Shown here piece by piece: positions 7,379-15,959 of a stretch of DNA of 21,157 nucleotides. This stretch comes from Promethearchaeota archaeon (GTDB lineage Archaea > Asgardarchaeota > Lokiarchaeia > Sigyniarchaeales > SOKP01). Position 1 is the stretch's first letter. Each line of letters starts with the position of its first letter. A program made the position numbers and the translations under genes. The stretch spans positions 1 to 21,157 of the forward strand of contig JABCSY010000070.1 in NCBI GenBank assembly GCA_018238625.1. The letters are read 5' to 3'. Below the pieces are notes generated by a model that saw nothing but the letters and a program-made list of their open reading frames with translations, did not search any database and was not told where the DNA came from.

Positions 7379-8836
7379 TTGAGTAGTCAAAATAATGAAG
7401 TGATTATAGGTTTAGAAGTTCACATTCAATTGACTAACCTCAAAACAAAGTTATTTTGTAGTTGCAGTACTAATTATCGTGGAGCAGAGCCTAATACATT
7501 TGTATGCCCTATATGCATTGGTTTGCCAGGTTCGCTTCCAGTAGTTAACAAAAAAGTGGTTGAATTTGCAACCAGATTAGCTCTAGCCCTAGAATGTAAA
7601 ATCAATCATAAATTTTGGTTCTTTAGAAAAAATTACCACTATCCAGACCTCCCAAAAGGATTTCAGATTACGCAATATAACAAAGCGGGAGGTAAAGCTT
7701 TTGCAGATGGGGGAAAAATTACTGTTAGAGTAAATAACCACAAAAAAGAAGTCATGCTCAATAGAATTCATCTAGAAGAGGATCCCGCTAGGTTAGTGCA
7801 TAAAGGAAGTATAGCAACTTCACCATTCACCTTAGTAGATTATAATCGCTCTGGTGTTTGCTTGATTGAAATTGTGTCCGAACCTGTTATTGACACCCCA
7901 GAAGAGGCAAGAGAATTTCTAAAACAATTAAAATCGATCGTTCAATATACGGGTATATCAGATTTAGACCTTCAGGGCTCCGTAAGAGTTGATGCAAATA
8001 TTTCTATAAAAGGAAATGAACGTAGTGAAGTTAAAAATATCAATAGCTTTAAAGAAGTTGAACGCGCATTAAGTTATGAAATTGTAAGGCAAAAAAACGC
8101 ACTTAAAAGGGGAAAAGTATTAATACAAGAAACTAGACACTGGGACGATAAAAGAAAAATCACGATATCGTTACGATCAAAAGAATTTGAAGCAGATTAT
8201 CGTTATTTCCCCGAACAAGATTTAGTTCCATTAGAAATAGATAATATTTTTATCAACAAAGTTAAAGAAAAACTACCAGAAATGCCAAATGAAAGAGCCT
8301 TAAGGCTCCGCAGAGAATATATGTTATCTGAATTTGATTCTGAAAACTTAGTTTTAGATAAAGAGATCGCAGATTTTTATGAAGACGGTGCGAACTCAGA
8401 TCCTTCATTTGGTTATGATGAGTACAAACAGTATTGCAATTGGTTAATGAACAATATATCCGGATGGTTAAACGAGAATAATACAACGATTAATAATACA
8501 AAACTTACTCCTAAACACGTAGTAGATTTAATCAAAAACATCAGAAACGGTAAAATTACTACAAAAATAGCAAAGACTTACATTGATGAAATGATGAAAG
8601 GGACAACAGTTTCTCAAATCATTAAAAAAAAGGGGAAAACGAGAATTTTTGATGTAAAAGTCATTGAAAAGTTATGTAGAGATGTTATTGAAGAAAATCC
8701 AAATATCGTTAAAGATTTTCGTAAGAACCTTAAAGCTTTAGAAGCTTTAATTGGTAGGGTTATGGCAAAAACCAAAGGACAAGCAGATCCTAAAATAACA
8801 AGACAAGCAATGTTAAAATTACTAGAGAAATCTTAA
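7379..8836 (+). CDS. gatB: Asp-tRNA(Asn)/Glu-tRNA(Gln) amidotransferase subunit B
   Basis: 'IGLEVHIQL', 'CPICIGLPGSLP', 'RKNYHYPDLPKGFQITQY', 'HLEED', 'DYRYFPE', C-terminal YqeY-like 'GRVMAKTKGQADP'; TTG start after a GGAGG SD. Confidence 0.96.
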   Translation: MSSQNNEVIIGLEVHIQLTNLKTKLFCSCSTNYRGAEPNTFVCPICIGLPGSLPVVNKKVVEFATRLALALECKINHKFWFFRKNYHYPDLPKGFQITQYNKAGGKAFADGGKITVRVNNHKKEVMLNRIHLEEDPARLVHKGSIATSPFTLVDYNRSGVCLIEIVSEPVIDTPEEAREFLKQLKSIVQYTGISDLDLQGSVRVDANISIKGNERSEVKNINSFKEVERALSYEIVRQKNALKRGKVLIQETRHWDDKRKITISLRSKEFEADYRYFPEQDLVPLEIDNIFINKVKEKLPEMPNERALRLRREYMLSEFDSENLVLDKEIADFYEDGANSDPSFGYDEYKQYCNWLMNNISGWLNENNTTINNTKLTPKHVVDLIKNIRNGKITTKIAKTYIDEMMKGTTVSQIIKKKGKTRIFDVKVIEKLCRDVIEENPNIVKDFRKNLKALEALIGRVMAKTKGQADPKITRQAMLKLLEKS

Positions 8837-8860
8837 AAAAGTAGAAAAATAAATAAGATG

Positions 8861-9217
8861 CTAAAGAAGACTCTGAAGAGCTTCGCAGGCGGCTGCTAGC
8901 TTTAGATTGATAATACCTAGTCTTGCATCTGTAGTCGCAATTATCGTTAATATATTTCCTCCAACTTCCGAAAATAGTATTTTTCCTTTAGCACTTTCAA
9001 TTATAGCGTTATAAAAATTACCTTGTTCAAGTTCCTTCGTTGCTCGTTGAGAAGCTTTAAGAACAAGAGTGACCATTGCTGCCACGGATTCTGGGTCGAC
9101 CCAACCAGGTAATGCACTACCTTTAATTAACCCAAATTTTTCAATTATCGCAGCGCCATGTACGCCCTTTATCGCTTTAAGGCTTTCTAGGATTTCCTTA
9201 ATCCTTTCTTCACTCAT
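8861..9217 (-). CDS. Roadblock/LC7 domain protein
   Basis: 118 aa; 'LKAIKGVHGAAIIEKFGL', 'AAMVTLVLKASQRATKELEQG', 'IIESAKGKI', 'ARLGIINL' fit the Robl/LC7 (MglB-like) pattern. Confidence 0.88.
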   Translation of the reverse strand: MSEERIKEILESLKAIKGVHGAAIIEKFGLIKGSALPGWVDPESVAAMVTLVLKASQRATKELEQGNFYNAIIESAKGKILFSEVGGNILTIIATTDARLGIINLKLAAACEALQSLL

Positions 9218-9322
9218 TTAATTCACTTTAGTTTATAGATTTAAAATTATTAGAATAATCTTATTGTTGATATTTAAGATTTAACGTTATTTAAGTATAA
9301 TAATTTTGGAATTAGCATTAAT

Positions 9323-9332
9323 AAAAAAAAAA
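9323..9332 (-). terminator. Oligo-T tract (T10 on minus strand), putative archaeal terminator of the 9356..10384 gene
   Basis: A10 run on the plus strand about 25 nt beyond the stop codon. Confidence 0.35.
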
Positions 9333-9355
9333 TTAATAAGAATAAGATTTAGAAA

Positions 9356-10384
9356 CTATAATTTTATTATTTTTCCCCGCTTATCAAGTAATAATGCAAT
9401 GAGCGTCATAACAATAACCATTATCGTGAAAATTAGAAAATCCATATCTAAATCAATTAAGTCACTTATTATGAATTCCAATACAACTGCAATAATATAA
9501 ATTATAAATGGAGATTTTCCGTAACTATCTAGAATGATTATTGGTTTCTGAACTTTCTTGTCAATACCAATAAAAAGAAACGATATTAAGATTGAAGCCC
9601 CTAAACTAATTAAAATATAAGTTAAAGTTACTTGGCGTTTATTTGGATACCATCCAGGTAATAACCAAAGTAATAGACCGCCTACAAGAGCAGTAATCCC
9701 TACAATTAAGTATATTTGATATTTCTTCTTATCAGCATATCCTTCACTTATAAACAATACTTCGCCTAAACAGGTTGCGTAAATCATAATAGCAGAAAAT
9801 CCAAATATTGTACCAAAAATACCACCGTGAATAGATGCAATAGCGTACTCTCGCCATCCACCATAAAGAAGCATAATTTGATAGAATATTAATAAAGCTG
9901 TAGCAACGATAGCACGTCCCTTTGGTTTTAACCACAGAAATGGTATTGTTATTAATCCTACCAACCCTAGAGTTGGTAAAACGTCCCAAATAATAATACC
10001 TTCAGTTGTTATAAATTCACCGTGATCGATTAGAATTACAAGTAATCCCAGAGCCAAGATAATCCCATATCGAATAATCATGTGTTTGACTGTCTTACTT
10101 ACGCCATCCCTTTCTTTTCTGTGTAAAAAGGACAATGGCATGAGTATCCCCATTATAAAAATAAAAGCAGGAGCACCAATATCATAAAAATTCATAAATT
10201 CAACTGTTCTTTGATTCAGTGGATGAGCTAAAAAGAATCGAGTAATTTCACTACCAGTTCGAATAACATAAGGTAGAAATTCAGTGATCACAAGTAAGAG
10301 CATGATAAACCCTCGTGCATGATCGATCCAATAATATCTTTTTCTTTGTTGCTCTCCTTCAGTAATTATTTTCTCATCACTCAT
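9356..10384 (-). CDS. Multi-pass membrane acyltransferase, heparan-alpha-glucosaminide N-acetyltransferase (HGSNAT/DUF1624)-like
   Basis: 'RYYWIDHARG' (RxxxxDxxRG), 'FYDIGAPAFIFIMG', 'WDVLPTLG', 'YPNKRQVTLTYILIS', 'YGKSPFIIY'; many hydrophobic segments. Confidence 0.78.
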   Translation of the reverse strand: MSDEKIITEGEQQRKRYYWIDHARGFIMLLLVITEFLPYVIRTGSEITRFFLAHPLNQRTVEFMNFYDIGAPAFIFIMGILMPLSFLHRKERDGVSKTVKHMIIRYGIILALGLLVILIDHGEFITTEGIIIWDVLPTLGLVGLITIPFLWLKPKGRAIVATALLIFYQIMLLYGGWREYAIASIHGGIFGTIFGFSAIMIYATCLGEVLFISEGYADKKKYQIYLIVGITALVGGLLLWLLPGWYPNKRQVTLTYILISLGASILISFLFIGIDKKVQKPIIILDSYGKSPFIIYIIAVVLEFIISDLIDLDMDFLIFTIMVIVMTLIALLLDKRGKIIKL

Positions 10385-10523
10385 ATTTGATCATAGTTTT
10401 TTATTTTATATGGTATAAAAATTAATTAAGTAAATTATTTTAATAGATATTTACGGTTTTATTATATTTAAATGTGTAAAATTATATCTTTATTTTGAAA
10501 TTGGCTTTTAAGTGTTTTAAATA

Positions 10524-11666
10524 ATGGTAGATATTATTTATCGTCATTACAAAAAAGGCGATGACGGACAGCTAGCAGATCTATTCAATCGAGCTTTTCA
10601 AATGAATGGGGTGGGTATCGTTCGAACTTCTGAAGAATGGAATTGGAGATACATCAAGTCTCCCCATTTTGAACCAGAAATGATTCAAATTGCTGAAGAT
10701 GTTGAAAAAAATAGGATAGTGGGGGCAATTCACGTAAATTTAGTTGAAGACATCATTTTCAATTCTAAAAATTATTTAATTGGAGATATCAACGATGTTT
10801 CATGCCATCCCGATTATATACGTAGAGGAATTGCTACTAATCTAATGGAAATGGCGATGGAATACATGAAAAAAAGAAATTGTGACCTTTCAATTTTAAC
10901 AGCAGATTACAAGGGATTTGCTAGATCAAAGATTTACTTGAAATTCGGCTACATTGATGTTGATAGAGAACTTATGCTGATTAATTTTCCAAATTTATTT
11001 AAATTGTTTAAAGATCTTAAAAAATTTGCGTTGCTATTTCCAATTTTTTTTGCTATTTCGTATTTTCCACGCTTTATTTACAGAATCCTTCTAAAACTAA
11101 GTAAAAATTTTCATAATATTTCTTACGAGATTGTTAATAATAAACATTTTGAGTACATGAACGCTGCGAACAAAATTATTAAAAAGTTTTACACTGGTGT
11201 TACGCCATATGACAAAGATAAAATTACTTGGGCGCGAATTAATGTACCAGCAGAAAGACTCAAACCTACCTATATAATCATACGAAAAAAGGAAAAAATA
11301 ATAGGTGGTGCCGCAATAACTCATAGAAATCTACATTCGTTTAAATTTGGACTTAAAATTAGAATTGGGATTGTTCACGAAGTGTTTTTAGATAAAAGTC
11401 AATTTAAGAATAAACGAGATTTGCATTTTGGATATATTTTTCTAATCGATAAGCTATTAAAAGCCGCTACTAGAAGATTTATTGGAGTTTTAGTTTATAA
11501 TTCTTGTTATAGTGACATTGATTTAATTAAGGCATTAAAATCAATGGCGTTTTTAAAATTTGGATCAGGAACGATTATGATGAAGAAACTAAACGAAGAA
11601 ATAAAGAGTTTAAAACCAAAAAAGTCAATATATTTGCCCACATATATAACCTTCTCAACTCCTTAA
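10524..11666 (+). CDS. GNAT family N-acetyltransferase (two-domain)
   Basis: Acetyl-CoA motif A 'DVSCHPDYIRRGIATNLME'; motif B 'IYLKFGY'; 'EEWNWRY' typical of Acetyltransf_9-like proteins. Confidence 0.85.
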   Translation: MVDIIYRHYKKGDDGQLADLFNRAFQMNGVGIVRTSEEWNWRYIKSPHFEPEMIQIAEDVEKNRIVGAIHVNLVEDIIFNSKNYLIGDINDVSCHPDYIRRGIATNLMEMAMEYMKKRNCDLSILTADYKGFARSKIYLKFGYIDVDRELMLINFPNLFKLFKDLKKFALLFPIFFAISYFPRFIYRILLKLSKNFHNISYEIVNNKHFEYMNAANKIIKKFYTGVTPYDKDKITWARINVPAERLKPTYIIIRKKEKIIGGAAITHRNLHSFKFGLKIRIGIVHEVFLDKSQFKNKRDLHFGYIFLIDKLLKAATRRFIGVLVYNSCYSDIDLIKALKSMAFLKFGSGTIMMKKLNEEIKSLKPKKSIYLPTYITFSTP

Positions 11667-11760
11667 AGTAACTTCACGTAGAATGAAGACAGAAATCTAA
11701 TTCCTTACTTTTTTACAATAAAAAATAAAAATTATTAATAAATAAACATTTTTGTAATTT

Positions 11761-13188
11761 ATGTTTAAACAAGCCATTAAATGGGTAAAAGCTAACCAAG
11801 ATTTATTGATTGATATCAGCGATCAGATTTGGGGGTTCGCAGAGTTAGGTTTAAAAGAATTTAAATCTTCAAAATTATTAGCAAATACACTTGACGAAGC
11901 AGGCTTTGCAGTAAAAATGGGAGTTGCAGACATGCCAACTGCTTTTTTCGCTGATTATGGTGAAGGGAAGCCTGTTATTGGGATCTTAGGAGAATACGAC
12001 GCTTTACCAGGGCTCAGTCAAAAAGCACAATCATCTCGGGAAGCTTTAATAGAAGGTGCGCCAGGTCATGGTTGCGGTCATAATTTATTAGGTGTAGGCT
12101 CGTTAGGGGCAGTATTAGCCGTTAAAGAAGCGATTGATTTGGGTAGTGTAAAGGGAACTATTCGTTATTATGGTTGTCCTGCAGAGGAAACTTTTAACGC
12201 AAAGGGTTACATGATAAGAGAAGGATTGTTTGACGATGTTGATATATCAATGACGTGGCACCCTGGGTTTCTAAACATGTTAACTTTGATGAGCGCCTTA
12301 TCAATGAATTCAGTCGTTTTTAAGTTTCATGGACGCACCGCTCACGCTGCGGGGGACCCTCAAAATGGTAGAAGCGCTTTAGATGCTGTTGAGTTAATGA
12401 ATATCGGAGCTAATTTTATGCGCGAACATATGATTTCTGACGCAAGATTACATTATATAATAACAAATGGTGGTGAAGCTCCAAATGTGGTACCAGCAGA
12501 AGCTGAAGTGCATTATTTTGTGCGTGCTCCAAAACGCCACCAAGTAGAAGCTTTATATAAAAGGCTTATTAAAATAGCTGAAGGGGCAACGATGATGACC
12601 GAAACATCAATGGAAATCGATTTTTTAAGCGGCACATACAATACATGGTATAATCAAGTAGTCGACGAAGTGATTTCAAAATCCATGAAAACAGTAGGCA
12701 CACCAAGATTTAACAAGGACGATAAAGCGTTTGCAAATGAACTTAAAAAGTCACTACCAGAGAATTCAATGGAAGGCTACTATAGATTAATACCTCCTGA
12801 CATGCTGGAGATAGCCAAAGCAATTCTAAGCCAACCTCTAAACAAAAGCATAATTCCCCCAATTGGAAAAGGTAAAGTGATGCCAGGTTCCACAGATGTG
12901 GCAGATGTTTCTTGGAAAGTACCACTTGGTGAATTTACTACTGCTTGCGAGATTATGGGATCTCCAGGGCATTCTTGGCAGATTGTAGCGACCTCCGGAA
13001 TGAGTATTGGGCATAAAGGGATGTTAACAGCAGCAAAAATATTAGCTTTATCTAGTTTGGAATTTATGGGAAACCCCGAATTAGTTAAAAAAGCGCGTGA
13101 AGAACACGAAAATTCACATAAAGACGATCCATACAAAACTCCGTTTCCTGAAGGGCTAAAACCTCCTTTTCGCAGATTAAATAATTAA
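11761..13188 (+). CDS. M20 family amidohydrolase, AbgB-like (p-aminobenzoyl-glutamate hydrolase subunit B family)
   Basis: 'GEYDALPGLSQ', 'GHGCGHNLLG', 'GCPAEE', 'WHP', 'GRSALDAVELM', 'GSTDVADVSW', 'PGHSWQ'. Confidence 0.9.
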   Translation: MFKQAIKWVKANQDLLIDISDQIWGFAELGLKEFKSSKLLANTLDEAGFAVKMGVADMPTAFFADYGEGKPVIGILGEYDALPGLSQKAQSSREALIEGAPGHGCGHNLLGVGSLGAVLAVKEAIDLGSVKGTIRYYGCPAEETFNAKGYMIREGLFDDVDISMTWHPGFLNMLTLMSALSMNSVVFKFHGRTAHAAGDPQNGRSALDAVELMNIGANFMREHMISDARLHYIITNGGEAPNVVPAEAEVHYFVRAPKRHQVEALYKRLIKIAEGATMMTETSMEIDFLSGTYNTWYNQVVDEVISKSMKTVGTPRFNKDDKAFANELKKSLPENSMEGYYRLIPPDMLEIAKAILSQPLNKSIIPPIGKGKVMPGSTDVADVSWKVPLGEFTTACEIMGSPGHSWQIVATSGMSIGHKGMLTAAKILALSSLEFMGNPELVKKAREEHENSHKDDPYKTPFPEGLKPPFRRLNN

Positions 13189-13190
13189 GC

Positions 13191-13219
13191 TTTTTTTGAA
13201 TTAATTATTTATTTTTTTT
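13191..13219 (+). terminator. Oligo-T tracts after the amidohydrolase gene, putative terminator
   Basis: T7 and T8 runs immediately downstream of the stop codon. Confidence 0.4.
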
Positions 13220-13305
13220 CTTTTATCTCATATCTTATAAGTTGAATCAAAAACTGGTCTCTCTAAGAGATTAATATACTACTCTATTTTCTAAATTAAG
13301 AATAA

Positions 13306-13605
13306 ATGAAAAGTGAAAAAGATATGAGTAAAGTAATAAAATGGCAATATTCCGATTTTTTTGAACCAAGAAGAGAAAAGCTTGTAAATATTCTTCTTAG
13401 CGAGATAATTTTTTTGAAAAGTCATATAAAAAAATCTAATATTGGCAATAAAACCCAATACCTTGAAATCGCATTGGACAAGTTAGAATATCTTCTAGAT
13501 ACTCTAAAAAAAAGCGATATCGATTTATCCGACAAAGATTTTGATAAAGTAGTAATGATAATCTATCATGTATTCGAAGAGATTTCTGATAAATTGATTT
13601 GTTAA
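13306..13605 (+). CDS. Hypothetical protein (predicted small helical bundle)
   Basis: 99-aa ORF filling an intergenic gap with amphipathic helical pattern; alternative ATG at codon 7; no family recognised. Confidence 0.6.
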   Translation: MKSEKDMSKVIKWQYSDFFEPRREKLVNILLSEIIFLKSHIKKSNIGNKTQYLEIALDKLEYLLDTLKKSDIDLSDKDFDKVVMIIYHVFEEISDKLIC

Positions 13606-13665
13606 TAAAAAGTTAAGTTAAAAGAAGAAAAAGAAAAAAAAATAACTTATTCAAATTTATTCTCG

Positions 13666-14610
13666 TTATAAATCTAAGAGTTCACTTGCAACTCCAGTTA
13701 TTGCTGGTTTCTGAGGCAATCCTTTTAATAAGTCTGGCCTGAACCTTTCAGCAAGTATTTGAGGTGTGAAAGGGGCTCCGTTATTATCAATGCGCTTAAC
13801 CGTGTGCCATCCCCTGTAAACCCAAACTTTATCTCCAGCAGCTCTAATTACTTCACCATTGACTCTTCTAGCGCTATCTGAAGCTAAAAACACGATTAGT
13901 GGAGCAAAATGCGATGGATTAAACACATCCATTCCTCCTTTTGATTTAGAACTCATAACGCCTACCATTTTAGGCGTAGCGTCAGTTGTAAGCCTAGTTC
14001 TAGCCATTGGTACAACGCAGTTAACCGTAGCGTATTTTTTTAATTCATCTGCCACAATTAACGTGAACGCCGCAATACCTGCTTTAGCAGCACCATAATT
14101 AGATTGTCCTATATTACCTAATAATCCCGCATCTGAAGCTGTATTGATTATTCTTCCAAAGGTTTTTAACTTAGGATCTGCTTTACCTCTTTTCCTAAAG
14201 TATTCTGCCGCGTGCCTAACCATATTAAACGTGCCTTTAAGGTGGACTGCGATGACGCCGTCAAATTCTTCCTCTGTCATGTTAAAAATCATTCTGTCTC
14301 GTAGGATACCCGCATTATTAACAACGATATCTAAGTGTCCAAATTCCGAAACTGCCTGATCTATCATCCCTTTTGCTTTATTAAAATCTGTTACCGAATC
14401 GTAATTCCCTACCGCTTTAACGCCAAGTTTTTTACATTCCTCAGCAACTAAATCAGCTACTTGGGTTTTATTGCCCGTTCCGTCAAATGCTGCGCCTAAA
14501 TCATTTATTACTAAGTTACAACCTTCTTTTGCCATAGCTAGCGCTTCTTCTCGTCCTAAACCACGACCAGCGCCAGTAATAATGGCAACTTTTCCATCTA
14601 ACATACCCAT
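13666..14610 (-). CDS. Short-chain dehydrogenase/reductase (MFE-2/17beta-HSD4-like 3-hydroxyacyl-CoA dehydrogenase subfamily)
   Basis: 'TGAGRGLG', 'VINDLG', 'NNAGILRD', 'VHLKG', catalytic 'YGAAK', 'ARTRLT'; SD GTGA upstream. Confidence 0.92.
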   Translation of the reverse strand: MGMLDGKVAIITGAGRGLGREEALAMAKEGCNLVINDLGAAFDGTGNKTQVADLVAEECKKLGVKAVGNYDSVTDFNKAKGMIDQAVSEFGHLDIVVNNAGILRDRMIFNMTEEEFDGVIAVHLKGTFNMVRHAAEYFRKRGKADPKLKTFGRIINTASDAGLLGNIGQSNYGAAKAGIAAFTLIVADELKKYATVNCVVPMARTRLTTDATPKMVGVMSSKSKGGMDVFNPSHFAPLIVFLASDSARRVNGEVIRAAGDKVWVYRGWHTVKRIDNNGAPFTPQILAERFRPDLLKGLPQKPAITGVASELLDL

Positions 14611-14747
14611 TTTTTATCACTTATAAAATTTTAAGATTGATTTCTAATATGTAAAATTCAATTACAAAGTTAAAAAATTTTAAGAATTTTAATAAATTCA
14701 ATCAAATACGATATATAAAAAAATTAAGGAAAAAGTTAGGGATATTA

Positions 14748-15266
14748 TTGGAAACTATAACCCATAACCTTGTTGGGATTATTATTCAAATTTTATGTTT
14801 TAGATTTTTAATCTTTCCTTGGAATCTTATAGGAACCATTTTTTTCGCGTTTATTTCTCATATATTTGTTGATGGCATAGCGATAATTACTTACCATACG
14901 CCAGACGCTCAAAAAGGAGATAAATTTTGGCTTGTTTGGCATTATATCATATATGGTGTATCATTGTTATCAATAATCATTTTCATAATCCCTTATTGGC
15001 TAGGCATGATCTTTGCCAATATTATCGATATTTGGGATTGGTTAATTTTAAGACCAATTCAAAAAAGAATCCGAAAAAAAAATCCAGAATCTAAATGGGG
15101 TGAAAAATATTACTTACATCGGACTGTTGATTGGGTAAGAGACAAACTATTTTTTTGGCTTCCAGTAAGGAATTATAAGAAGTCTGGTATAATGATCGAA
15201 ATCTTTATAATTATAGCTTTATCCATTATTTTAGGATTTCTAGGACCATCTCTTTTTATCACATAA
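14748..15266 (+). CDS. Membrane protein, possible metal-dependent hydrolase (YdjM/DUF3307-like)
   Basis: TTG start; hydrophobic helices; His/Asp motifs 'THNLVG', 'SHIFVD', 'YHTPD', 'IIDIWD', 'YYLH'. Confidence 0.6.
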   Translation: METITHNLVGIIIQILCFRFLIFPWNLIGTIFFAFISHIFVDGIAIITYHTPDAQKGDKFWLVWHYIIYGVSLLSIIIFIIPYWLGMIFANIIDIWDWLILRPIQKRIRKKNPESKWGEKYYLHRTVDWVRDKLFFWLPVRNYKKSGIMIEIFIIIALSIILGFLGPSLFIT

Positions 15267-15651
15267 ATTTTCTAAATTCCTTAAAGTAAAACAAATGACT
15301 CTTACATGAACAATCGGTAGAGCCGAAATTTTTAATAAACGAATCTGAAACCTCCATAATATCTCGAGCAATAACACATTCTAGCCTCGTTAATGACGGA
15401 ACAATATATAACTTAGTTATTAAGAAATGTTCGTCGTTTAGTAGATAATCAATATGCCAGTGAATTTTTTTATTAGTAGAATCAGTAAGGTGTCTTTTAA
15501 CACGATTTTCTAAGGTTGATGAGCCAACATTTCCCATTGCAGAACCCACATAGAGGTAATAACCTTTGGATAATGATAAAGCCCCTAACGCGCCAATTTC
15601 AACTTTAACATTCTTAGATAGAAATATTACAAGAACGTAACTTCCTTTCAT
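15259..15651 (-). CDS. GIY-YIG nuclease family protein (DUF123 / Uri superfamily)
   Basis: 'KGSYVL', 'GYYLYVGSAM', 'RVKRH', 'HWHIDYLL', 'EC', 'FGSTDCSCKSHLFY'. Confidence 0.9.
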   Translation of the reverse strand: MKGSYVLVIFLSKNVKVEIGALGALSLSKGYYLYVGSAMGNVGSSTLENRVKRHLTDSTNKKIHWHIDYLLNDEHFLITKLYIVPSLTRLECVIARDIMEVSDSFIKNFGSTDCSCKSHLFYFKEFRKFM

Positions 15652-15825
15652 TTATTTACAAGCTTTTTTATGATCGTGATAACATCCATCACAGAAACTT
15701 TCGTTACAATGTTTACAAATATTTGCACAATTATCGCATATTTGATTGTAGCATTCATGGCACTCATAAATACGATCGTTGGGATTTTCTCCGCAATTTT
15801 CACAAATAATTTCTTTGTTAGACAT
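15652..15825 (-). CDS. Cys-rich zinc-finger microprotein (57 aa)
   Basis: Five CxxC motifs plus terminal HxxxC; ATG at 15825 follows SD-like GTGAT (the ORF-track start 15834 is that GTG); stop abuts the next ATG. Confidence 0.75.
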   Translation of the reverse strand: MSNKEIICENCGENPNDRIYECHECYNQICDNCANICKHCNESFCDGCYHDHKKACK

Positions 15826-15959
15826 TAAAATCACTTAAATAAAATTTAATTACAGTAAAAATGATAAGAAAAGAAAACAAAAAAAGCTCTTTATTACTAC
15901 TTAAATAATTACAAAATAATTTTATAGTATTCACTAAAAACCAAATTAGAGAACCTAAA

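Noticed and set aside
13958-13977. Inverted repeat ACGCCTA-N6-TAGGCGT
   Set aside because: Inside the SDR coding sequence and only 7 bp; likely chance.
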